Assembly: GCF_009914755.1 (NCBI RefSeq)
Contig: NC_060936.1
Origin: the human T2T-CHM13v2.0 reference genome, Homo sapiens
Direction: 5' to 3' (one strand)
DNA length: 64,000 bases
Shown here: piece by piece, positions 53,617 to 64,000 of the stretch
Numbering within the stretch: position 1 is the first letter of the stretch
Layout of the letters: each line of letters opens with the position of its first letter
Position numbers and translations under genes: made by a program
The notes under the pieces: model-generated
The model's input: only the letters and a program-made list of their open reading frames with translations
What the model was told of the DNA's origin: nothing
The model's database searches: none

Positions 53617-56600
53617 GACTCCTGCTCTTTTTTTGTTTCCATTGTCATGGAATATATTTTTTCATGTATTTGTTTTCAGTCTATTTGTGTCTATACAGGT
53701 GAAGTGTGTTTCTTGCAGGCAACGGATTATTGGTTCTTGTTTTTTTTATTCATTCAGCCTGTCTATGTCTTTTGATTGGAAAGTTTAGTCCATTTACATT
53801 CAATGTTATTACTGATATGTAAGGAATTACTCCTGCCATTTTTTTTTCTGGTTGTTTTGTCATCTTCTCTTCCTTCCTTCTTTCCTTTCTGTTTTCCTGT
53901 AGTGAAGGTGATTTTCTCTAGGGATATGATTTAGTTTTTTGCTGCTTATTTTTTGTGTTACGCTATATGATATTGGTCTGGGGTTACCATGAGGCTTGCA
54001 AGTACTATTTTATAACCCATTACTTTAACTGGTTAACAACTTGACACTCTTTGCCAAACCAAACTAACAAACAAGCAAAAAGCAAATGAAAGAAAACTCC
54101 ATGCCTTAACTTCATCCACAAGCTTTTTAATTTTTTGTTGTTTCTGTGTATATCTTACTGCACTGTCTGTGTCTTGAGAAGTTTTTGTAGTTATTATTTT
54201 TGATTGGTTTATCATTTAGTCTTTCTACTTAGGATAATGTAGTTTGTACATCACAGTTACGGTGTTATAACATTTTGTGTTTTTCTGTGTGCTTACTATT
54301 ACTGGTAAGTTTTGCACCTTCAGGTGATTATTTATTGCTCATTAATGTCAGTTTTTTGACAGAAGTACTCTCTTTAGCGTTTCTCATAGGACAGGTCTGA
54401 TATTAATGAAATCCCTCAGCTTCTATTTGCCTGGGAAAGTCTTAATTTCTTCTTCATGTTTAAAGGATTTTTTTACAGGATATAATATTCCAGGGTAAAA
54501 GTTTTTTTTGTCCTTCAGCACTTTAAATATATCATGCCACTCTCTCCTGGTCAGTAAGGTCTCTACTAAAAAGTCTGTTGCCAGATATATTAGTGCTCCA
54601 TTGAGTGTTATTTGTTTCTTTTCTCTTGCTGCTTTTAGAATCCTTTCTCTATCCTTGACTATTGGGAGTTTGGTTATTAAATGTTTTCAGGTAGTCTTCT
54701 TTGGGTTAAATGTGCTTGGCTTGGCATTCCATAATCCTGTTGTACTTGGATATTGATATACTTCTGTAGGTTTGAAAAGTTCTCTGTTATATTATCTCTT
54801 TGAATAAACTTTCTACCCCTATCTCTTTCTATAACCCCTGCTTAAGGCCAATGACTCTTAGATTTGTTCCTTTGATGCTATTTTCTAGATATGGTAGGTA
54901 TGTTTCATTTTTTTTAATCATCTTTTCTTTTGTCTCCTCTGACTGTGTATTTTCAAATAGCTTATCTTCAAGCTCACTGAGTCTTTCTTCTACTTGATCC
55001 GTTGTTTTATTAAAGGACTGTGATGCACTTTTCAGTATGCCAATTACATTTTTCAGCTCCAGAATTTCAGCTTGATTCTTTTTCACTGTTTCAATTTCTT
55101 TGTTTAAATTATCTAATAGAATTCTGAATTCCTTCTCTGTGTTATCCTGAATTTCTTTAGATTTCCTCAACACAGCTATTTTGCATTCCCTTTCTGAACA
55201 GTCACATATCTCTGTTTTTCCAGGATCAGTCCCTGATGCTTTATTTAGTTCACTTGGTAAGGTCATGTTTTCCTGGGTGGTGTTGGTGCTAGTATATGTT
55301 TCTCAGCATCTGGGCATTGAAGAGTTAGATATTCATTATAGTCTTCACTGTCTAGGTTTATTTGTAGCTGTTTCTCTTGGGAAGGCTTTCAACATATTTG
55401 AAAGGACTTGGGTGTTGAGATCTAAGATGTATCTACTTGAGTGGCCTCTCCAAGCTCAGTAATATTGGGGTTCTTTCAGATTCACAGAGATACCACCTTG
55501 ACAAAATCTTAGAGAATTCTCTGGATTACCAGGAAGAAACTCATGTTCTCTTCCCTTACTTTCTCCCAAACACACAGAGTCTCTATCTCTGTTTTGAGCC
55601 ACCTGAAGCTAGGAATAGAGTGACACAATCACCCCTGTAGCCTCCTCCACAATGACTGTGCTCGGTCAGATCTGAAGTCAGCACATAGCTAGGTCTCACC
55701 TAAAGCCTGCCAAAACCACTCCCTGGCTACTTCCTATGTTCACTGAAGACCCTTGGACTCTACAATTAGCAAGTGCAAAGCCAGGCAGGCCTGTGTCCTT
55801 CCCTTCAGTGTGGCAAGGTACCCCAGGCCCCAGGTGGGTCCAGAGGTGTCTGGAAGTCAGGGAGTAGAGTCAAAAACCTTAGAAGTCTACATAGTGTTCT
55901 ATTGTATTGTGGCTGAACTGGCACTCAAACCACAAGAAGAAGTACTTCCCACTCTTTCCACCCCTTTCCAAAGGCAGAGGAATCTCACTCTGTAGCCACC
56001 CCCTCGCCCGCCACCACTGCCCCAGGCCACAAAGCATACTGCTAGACAACTAGCCAATGTTCCATTAAGGACCAAGTTTTCTTAAGTAACCTGTTCTGAA
56101 TGCTGCCTGGCCTAGAACTCACCCTTCAGGGCACGGGGTTCCCCTCTGGCCCAGGGCAGGCCCAGAAATGCTGTCCAAGAGTCAAATCCTGGAAGTGAGG
56201 ACTCCAAGAGCCCACTTGGTGCTCTGCTCCTTTGTGACTGTGGTGGTACTGAAAGTGCAAGACAAAGTTCCCTTTACTTTCCCCTCTTCTTTTTTCAAAC
56301 AGAAGGAGTTTTGCCCTGTAGCCACTACAGCCTGTAATGTGCTACATCCTACCAGAAGCCAGCAAGTCTCAGAGGCTCACTCAAAGCCCTCAACATAGTA
56401 CCTAGGTATTGCTGCTGGTTGTTCATGCCCCAAGGACTCTTCGGTTACACCATAATGAATGCTGGCAGGACTAGGTCCTTTTCTTCAAGGCAGCAGTTTC
56501 ACTTCTGGCCCAGGGTGTGTCTAGAAATGTCCTCTGAGAGCTAGGGCCTTGTACAGGGGCCTCATGACTGTGTTTGGTGCCTTATCCTGCTATGGCTACA

Positions 56601-57350
56601 CTGGTAACCAAGATGCAAAACAAAGTCCTTCTCACTCTTTTCTTTCCTCTCCTCAAACAGAAGGAAGGGATAATGGCTCATGGCTCTTTTGGAGCCCTGA
56701 GCTGTGCTCCTGGGGTTAGGGAAGGGGTGATGCCACCACTCCCTTGGCTGCCCCAATTAGTGTCTCATCCCCCCACCTCCCCACACCCCCACCAGTCCAT
56801 TGTCTCTGGGCCTGGTTCAGCATTAGTACTTGCCTAAGATTTGCAGTATTTATGGCCTAAACTGCCTTTCAAGTTTACTTGGAGACACAGAGTGCTATAG
56901 TTTTCAGTGGCAAGATTTGCAGGTGCTCAAATTCTGACCATTGGGATCCATGATGCTCCTCTGGCTAGGGCTGGTTTAAATGCTTCCTCTGTGGGTAGGC
57001 ATCAGCTGAGTTTGGTCCAGTTTTCCTTTCTGCTCTAACAGGACGGTACTGCGTTTAATGCCTCACAATTGCTCTGCTCTCCCTGCCCTAGTGTCCAGAT
57101 ATGCTCTCCTTTCCATGCCATGCTGCCACTTCCAGGGGTGGAGGAGGGGTTGCACTGGTGATTCAGGGCTGTGTTTTCTATCTCTTCAGTGCATCTTTCA
57201 GGGATGTGAAGTGGAAACCAGGTATATAGTGCTCACCTAATTTTGGTTCTCATGAAGGTGTTTTTTCTGTGTGGATAGTTGCTAACTCAGTGTCCTTGCA
57301 GGGGGTGATGATCATTGGAGCCTTTTATTCTGCCATCTTGCTCCTCCTCA
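53617..57350 (-). mobile_element. L1MA2-type LINE-1: 5'UTR + ORF1 + start of ORF2; 3' part absent
   Basis: 5' end gccatcttgctcc at ~57332-57345; ORF1 coiled-coil peptide (54829-55266); ends in the EN domain. Confidence 0.9.
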
Positions 57351-57429
57351 ACTTGCATCTTCTTAAGCCATGCTGTCATTATGTGATTTTTATGTTTAAT
57401 TTTAGTAACTTTTTAGTTTATGTTTGATT

Positions 57430-57822
57430 GCTTTTTTTCATTGACACCTGATAATTGTAGATATTTTGGAGGTACAAGGTGACATTTCAATATATATATA
57501 CACATTGTATAATGACCAAATCATAGTAATTGGTATATCCAACACCTTAAACATTTATCATTTGTTTGTTATGAGGACATTCAAAATCCTCTCTTCTAGC
57601 TATTTGAAATATATAACGCATTATTGTTAGCTATAGTTACCCCACTGTGTAATAAAGTACCAGAACTTATTCCTACTAACTATAACATTGTACCTGTTGA
57701 GCAATATCTCTCCCTCTCCCTTTCCCCTCTATTCTCCCCAGTCTCTGGAAACTAATATTCTACTCTCAGCTTCTATGAGATCAATTCTCAAAAACATGGA
57801 TGAGCCTAGAAAACATTATGCT
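57430..57822 (-). mobile_element. Short L1MA(5-7) 3' end with a small inverted 5' piece
   Basis: Minus 3'UTR 57430-57786, then plus-strand aacatggatgagcctagaaaacattatgct at 57789-57822. Confidence 0.75.
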
Positions 57823-57879
57823 TGACTGTCTGTTATTGTCTTATTTTAACTTTTCTTGGCTTTATTTATGTTTGTTAAT

Positions 57880-58283
57880 TGATAAGTTTGGATATTTGGC
57901 CCTTGCAAATCTCATGTTGAAATGCCTCAATTTTGGAAGTGAGCCCTGGTGGGAGGTGTTTGGCTTCTGGTAGTGGGTCCCTCCTGTATAGCTTGGTGCC
58001 CTTCCCGAGGTAATGAGTGAGTTCTCACTTGATTAGTTCATGCAAGAGTTGGTTGTTTAAAAAATTCTGGCATTTCTCTTGCTCTGTCTCTCACCATGTG
58101 ACATGCCCGCTCCACCCTTACCTCTCACCACAATTGTAAGATTTCTGGGGCCCTCACCAGAAGAATATTCTGGCACTATGCTTCTTATACAGTCTGCAGA
58201 ACTGTGCACCAAAATAAAACTCTTTTCTTTATAAATTACCCAGCCTCAGGTATTTATTTAGCAATGCAAAATGGACTAACACA
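57880..58283 (+). mobile_element. Solo MSTB-like LTR
   Basis: tgataagtttggatat...aaatctcatgttgaaatg...aaattacccagcctcagg...ggactaacaca. Confidence 0.88.
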
Positions 58284-60029
58284 TTCACATTTAAAGTTAA
58301 TGTATTCTCTAAGTTTGTGAATTACAAAAATTCAGACCAACAAATTTCAGGACATCCATTATTTTGCACAGTTCAGTGGGTAGATGCAAATTTCATGAAC
58401 AATTCATGGAAAGCTTGACATTTAGTTATTGATCTCTCAGCGTTTCTAAATATGTGTTTCTCATTGAGTGCAAGTAATGACATTTAAATTTTTTTTGGCT
58501 TGGGGTTGACTTACATTTTCTTTAGCAGAATTTTCCTATATTAATACTCTCTAAACTCCATTGCCCAGAACCATGAAGTTACTAACTCTTTTTTAGCAGA
58601 ACATCTTTTCCACTTTCTCAGGACCTGGCACATGTTTGAGCTTTTCTTTGAACATCTGTAAGTAGAAAAATGTTCTACTTCACATTACTATGGACCTCTA
58701 CTTTTACTTTATGCTCCAGTTCCATTGCACAACTCAGTAACAGGTGGTAATTTCATGGTTCATAAGGAACTTTGAATGGCTTTGGGTATTTTGTTTATAA
58801 AAATTGAAAATGTAAATCTCTTAGTTTCTGCAGTTACTGATATCATGTGACATGATAATTTAGAGTAAACTTCGTTTTTCTACCATTTTAATTTCGAAGG
58901 TCATAAGGAAGATTAAGAAGGGACATATGTTACCAAAGCAAGTGAATCACTTTTTTGGATCATCATCCACAGGGTCTATTAATTTGTAAAACCCTAGAGT
59001 CTAGAAACAAATCTTCTGTAGCTCTTTCTTAATGTTTACGTAACTTTGCTATTATCATCTGGAAAATGACCATAAGTAACTCTAAGACTTTATAGTTAGG
59101 TAAACAAAAGCAACAGAGGTTTTTAATACCAAGAACAGGCCAGTGTATTTAATTTAGGATCAACAGCACAACAGTAGTTGATGTGGATCAGTGGAGATAT
59201 ACAAGAATTAGTAGCTTTGAGAGTTAGCAGTGAGATTCCCAGGGTATCCTTTAGCTCTTCAAGGTCATTGCTGAAGGACCCTCGTGGCACCAATATTTAA
59301 CTGGTTTCTTAAATTCAAAGTAACTTAACTCATTTTGCTTTATAATATCCTTGGATGTATCAGTAGTTGGAATTTTAAAAAATCATTTTCTTATAAAAAA
59401 GTTACTGAACATGAAATTTTGCCGATATTGCTACAGTTATAAAATAGTAGATGCATGCATATTTGAATTTTGCATGTCTAATTTCAACTCTCTAAAAATA
59501 ACAACAGTCACACTTTCTTTCTACCTAAATCCAAAGAAAAGTTTTTCAAAACATAAGGAATAGAAACATAATAAAACCAACAAGGTTTATAGCCATAGGA
59601 CTTAGCCAAAAACACTTAACACATAATAAACACTTAATAAGTTCCTACTGAATAAAAGAATAAATGATTCAGTGAGAGTCTTTGCGTAACCAAAGATTAT
59701 GTAATGATAAAAGAAACACTAAACCAAATAAGACTGAAATACTATTGACAAAATGTTTAATAAATCATATATACACATAGAAATTTTTATGTTGGATTCT
59801 TACTTACATTTACGTATTCGGATTGCTCCATTAAGTTAGACTATGATACTTAGTTTATAAACAGATTATACCATCATAGCTATTTAAGAGAAGCCCTCCA
59901 CAGGCTTATGTATAGTGGCACAATTTGTCTTCATTCTGATGGAGGGGGAGAAGGAAGATTTTCCCCTCCATCTGTTTCTAGAGAGCCTACTGCTGCATTC
60001 TGAAAAGCCAGAAAATGAAAATCAGACTA

Positions 60030-60280
60030 ATTCTCAGTCTTCGGATTTCTTCTTTTCAGTATCTACACTCTCCCTTAGTGATCTCAGACAGTTTCAGAGT
60101 TTTAAATGTCATTTTAAAAATTGAAGATGCCTAAATATATTACTCCAGTCCAGACCTAACCCCTCATTTACAGAATAATTTGTCTAATTCCTATTCAGCA
60201 TCATCGTTTAGATGTCTAACAAATATCTCAAAATTAACATGTCCAATCTGAACTAATATTTCCTCAAAACCTGCACTACT
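60030..60280 (+). mobile_element. L2 fragment
   Basis: gatgtctaacaaatatctcaaaattaacatgtccaa, L2 motif. Confidence 0.6.
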
Positions 60281-60306
60281 TCTTTCTTCCTTTTAAAACA
60301 AAAAAA

Positions 60307-60426
60307 TTTTTTGGTAGAGAGGATCTCACTTTGTCACCCATGCTGGAATGGAGTGGCACAATCATACTTAACTGCAACTTCAAACTCCTGGGTTCAAGTG
60401 ATCCTCCCATTTCAGCCCCCCAAGTG
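60307..60426 (-). mobile_element. AluJ/FLAM monomer fragment
   Basis: tctcactttgtcaccca...aactcctgggttcaagtgatcctccc. Confidence 0.8.
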
Positions 60427-60485
60427 TCATTCATTTTCAAATGATGGCAAATTCATCATTTCTGACCAGGCCAAAAACATGAGTT

Positions 60486-60660
60486 TCTCCTTCCTTCCTT
60501 CCTTCCTTCCTTCCTTCCTTCCTCTCTTTCTTTCTCTCTCTCTTTCTTTCTTCCTTCCTTCCTTCCTTTCTTTTTCTTTCTTTCTTTCTTCTTTCTTTCT
60601 TTCTCTTTCTTTCTAGTTCTTTCTTTCTCATCCTCTTTCTTTCTTTTTTATTTATTTTTT
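60486..60660. repeat. (TTCC)n/(TTTC)n polypyrimidine microsatellite
   Basis: Directly visible; continuous with the 3' end of the adjacent L1. Confidence 0.95.
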
Positions 60661-63480
60661 TGATGTGTCTTTGTCTAGTTTCTATATCAGGGTAACACTG
60701 GCCTTGTAGAATGAGTTTAGAAGTATTCAGTCCTCCTCTATTTTGGGGAATAGTTTTGAGTAGCATTTGTATTAGTTGCTCTTTAAGTGGTAGAATTCAG
60801 CAGTAAAGCCATCAGGTCCTGGGCTTTTCTTTACTGGGTGACTATTATACATTCAATCTCATTACTTGTTATGGGTAGATCTATATTTTGGGTTTCATTC
60901 TGGTTCAATCTTGGAAGGTTGTAGGTATCTAGCAATTTCTCCATTTCTTCTTGATTTTCCAATTTGTTGGCATACAGTTGCTCATGATAGCAGCTAATGA
61001 TCCTTTGAATTTCTGCAGTATCTGTTGTAATCATTTCTGATTTTATTTATTTGGATCTTGTCTCTTTTTACTTAGCCTCACTAAAGTTTTGTTAATATTG
61101 TTTGACTTTTCAAAAAAACAACTTTTTGTTTTGTTTGTATTTTGAATTTTTTGTTTCATTTATTTCTGCTCTGATCTTTATTACTCCTTTTCTTCTACCA
61201 ATTTAGGGTTTGGTTTGCTCTTGCTTTCATAGCTCTTTAAGATGCATCATTATATTGTTTATTTGAAGTTTTTCCTCTTTTTCAATGTAGGCACCTATAA
61301 ACTTCCCTCTTAGTACTGCCTTTCCTGTATCACATAGGTTTTGGTATGTTTTGTTTCCATTATCATTTGTTTCAAGAAGTTTCTCAATTTCCTTCTTAAT
61401 TTCTTCATTGATCCACTGGTCATTCAGGAGCACAGTGTTTAATTTTTATGTATTTATATAGTTTCCAAAATTCCTCTTATTTATTTCTAATTTATTTTTT
61501 TGTGGTCAGAGAAGATGCTTGATATTATTTCAATGTTTTTTAGTGTTTTAAGAATTGTTTCGTGGCCTAACATATGGTCTATCCTTGAGAATTATCCACA
61601 TGAGAAGGAAAAGAATGTTTATTCTGCAGCCCTTGGATGAAATATTTTGTAAATATCCATTAGATCTATTTGGTTTGTAATGCAGATTAAGTCTGATGTT
61701 TTGTGGTTGACTTTCTGTCTGGAAGATCATCCAGTGCTGAAAATGGGGTCTTGAAGTCTCCAACTATTATTGTATTGAACCTATCTTTCTCTTTAGTGCT
61801 AATAATACTTCCTTTTTATATCTGGGTGTTCCAGTGTTGGGTGCATATATGTTTCAAGTTGTTATATCCTCTTGTGGAATTGACCCCTTTTATCATTATA
61901 TAGTGATCTTTATCTCTTCTTACAGTTTTGGTCTTGAAATCTATTTTGTCTGATATAAGTATAGCAACTACTGTCCTTCTTTGGTTTCATTGTCATGAAA
62001 TATATTCTTCAATCCCTTTATTTTCAGTCTATATGTATCTTTACAGGTGAAGTGACTGGAGTCAAAATCTCAGAAGTCTTCCTGGTGGTCTATTGTTTTG
62101 CAGCTGAGCTGGCATACAAACCACTAGATGCAATACCTGCCACTCTTCTCTCCGCTTTCCAAAAGCAGTGGAACCTCAACCCATAGCCACTGCCACCCTG
62201 GCTGTGAGGAGCACTGCCAGACTACTGCCTATGTTCCTTTAAGGCCCAAGGTCTCTTAAGTCAGACTGTAGTGAATTCTGCCTGGCCTGAGACTCACCCT
62301 TCAGGGAAGTAGGCTCTCCTCTGGCCCAGGACAGGTCCAGAAATGTCTTCCAAGGGCCAAATCCTGGAATAGAAAACCCCAAGAGTCTGCTTTGTGTTCT
62401 ACTCCACTGTGGCTGTGTTGCTACCTAAGATGCAAGACAAAGTCCCCTTTATTTTCCCTCTGCTTTTCTCAAGCAAAAGGAGTGTTGCTTCACAGCCACC
62501 ACAGCTGGTAATGTGCCGAGTCTCACCTGAAGCTAGCAAGTCTCAGAGACTCACTAAGGCCCTTGATGTAGTACCTGAGTATTGCTGCTGGTTATTCATA
62601 GCCCAAGGGCTCTTCAGTTAGCAGACAATGAATGCTGCCAGGACTTGATCCTTTTCTTCAAGGCAGCAAGTCCCCTCTGACCCAGGGTGTGTCTAGAAAT
62701 ATCTGGGAGCTAGGGCGTGGAATGGCGACCTCATGACTGTGTTTGGTGCCCTATCCTACTGTGGTTGAGCTGATATCCAAGATGCAAGACAAGTCCTCCC
62801 CACTCTTCCCTCTTCTCTCCTCAAGCAGAAGGAAGGGGTCTCTTTTGGAGCCATGAGCTGTGCCACCATGGGTTAGGGGAGGGGTGATGCCAGCACTTCT
62901 TTTCCTGCCCCAACTGGTGTCTCAGTATGTCATGTCTCCCCCAGTCCACTGTCTCTGGTCCTACTTCAGCCCTAGAGCTCACCTAAGAGTTGCCATCCTT
63001 ATGGTCTAGACTGCCTTTCCAGTTTATGTAGAGATTGAGAGCACTTTGGCCCTTGGTGGTCCAGGTTTGGACTGCTGATATCGGTGATTCCCCTCTGGCT
63101 AGCGCTGGTTTAAATGTTCCCTCTGTGTGTGGACATCAGCTGAGTTTGGTTTGGCTTTCCTTCCTGCTCTAACAGGATAGCACTGAGTTCAATGAGTCAT
63201 AAATTGCTGTCTTCTCCTTCTGTCAGAACCCAGAGATGCTCTCCGCATGAGGCTGCTGCTGCTCAGGGTCATGATGGGAGATTCAAGACTGTGTTTTCTA
63301 TCTCTTCAGTGTCTCTTTCAGTGATATGAAGTGAAAACCAGGTACTCTGAGAGTTCACCTGATTTTTGGTTCTTATGTAGGTGTTTTTTCTGTGTAGATA
63401 GTTGTTAGTTGTTAACTTGGTGTACTTGTGGTGGGGGGCGACAGGTGGAGCTTACCATTCCACCATCTTGCTCCACCTCT
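60655..63480 (-). mobile_element. L1MA2-type LINE-1 with intact 5' end, ORF1 deleted (junction ~62054) and 3' truncated within ORF2
   Basis: 5' end caccatcttgctcc ~63461-63474; 5'UTR joined directly to the EN region; ORF2 peptides ([25 protein letters not shown]). Confidence 0.9.
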
Positions 63481-63529
63481 CTCCTATACTGAATTCTTGC
63501 TTGGAGTTTTCATTTTGTTTTTCTGATTT

Positions 63530-63960
63530 TTTATTATCTTAATTTTAAAAAAATGCATTAAAATTCATGCTTTTTAGCATCGTTTGATGAGTTTTGACAA
63601 ACGATAAAGTTATATAGCTGCCAATGAAATAAAGATTTAGAATATTTTCGTCACCCCAAAAGTCCTGTGTGCCTTTTAAGTCAGCCCCTTTCATCACCCC
63701 TAGTCCTTGGCAACCATTGGTCTGGTTTTGTTCTCCATAGTTTTACCATTTCTAAAGTGACTCATAAATGGGTACATACAGATTGTGACTTTTTGTTTCT
63801 GACTTCACTTAGCATAAAACATTTTGAGAGTCATTTACATTGTTGCATGTTATCTGTAGCTCAGTTACTTTTATTTCTGAGTAACATTCTGCTGGATGTG
63901 TGGACTATGGTTTGTCTACCCAATTACAATTAAAAGATTGCCTGGATTTTGAGTAAAATT
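63530..63960 (-). mobile_element. Old L1M(D/E) 3' end fragment
   Basis: gatgagttttgacaa...gaatattttcgtcaccccaaaagtcc. Confidence 0.7.
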
Positions 63961-64000
63961 ATCACCCTCATGAAAATGACTTTCCCTTATGTGTTCCTCT

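Noticed and set aside
60437-60766. Lys/Glu/Arg-rich 109-aa ORF, and similar ORFs at 2516-2779
   Set aside because: These are translations of AAAG/AAGG, GAA or TG simple repeats.
62030-62090. Spliced L1 retrocopy (SpIRE-type) as the explanation for ORF1 loss
   Set aside because: Comparison with the sister copy shows no GT donor or AG acceptor at the junction ends.
53617-63480. Recent segmental/tandem duplication of the two minus-strand L1 5' ends
   Set aside because: They differ at roughly one base in five by eye and their flanks share no similarity, which fits independent insertions better.

Overview
AT-rich, gene-poor primate (human-like) genomic DNA made up mostly of transposable elements. 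It contains several LINE-1 generations (old L1M, three 5'-intact L1MA2-type copies, L1PA4-like fragments and one young L1PA2), Alu J/S/Y, MaLR LTRs including a full THE1D/MSTA-type provirus, ERVL pro/pol remnants, Tigger/hAT MITEs, MIR, L2 and microsatellites. The only host-gene-derived sequence I recognise is a 5'-truncated, intronless METTL8 processed pseudogene on the minus strand (~4.0-5.1 kb). I found no intact protein-coding exon, RNA gene or CRISPR array, and no evidence of a new enzymatic system. The notable signals are structural: (1) a cryptic ~1.43 kb inversion (~38448-39880) shown by an L1, a MER44A and an ERVL each split into opposite orientations and a Tigger3b clipped at the breakpoint; (2) two consecutive pieces of an L1PA4-like 3' end in permuted order 1.1 kb apart, one sealing an apparent large deletion; (3) a twin-primed L1PA2 whose inversion junction puts a Kozak ATG in frame with ORF2; (4) a local cluster of AT-to-GC changes and CpGs that suggests GC-biased gene conversion. 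Subfamily names come from recalled consensus sequences and need RepeatMasker/Dfam confirmation.
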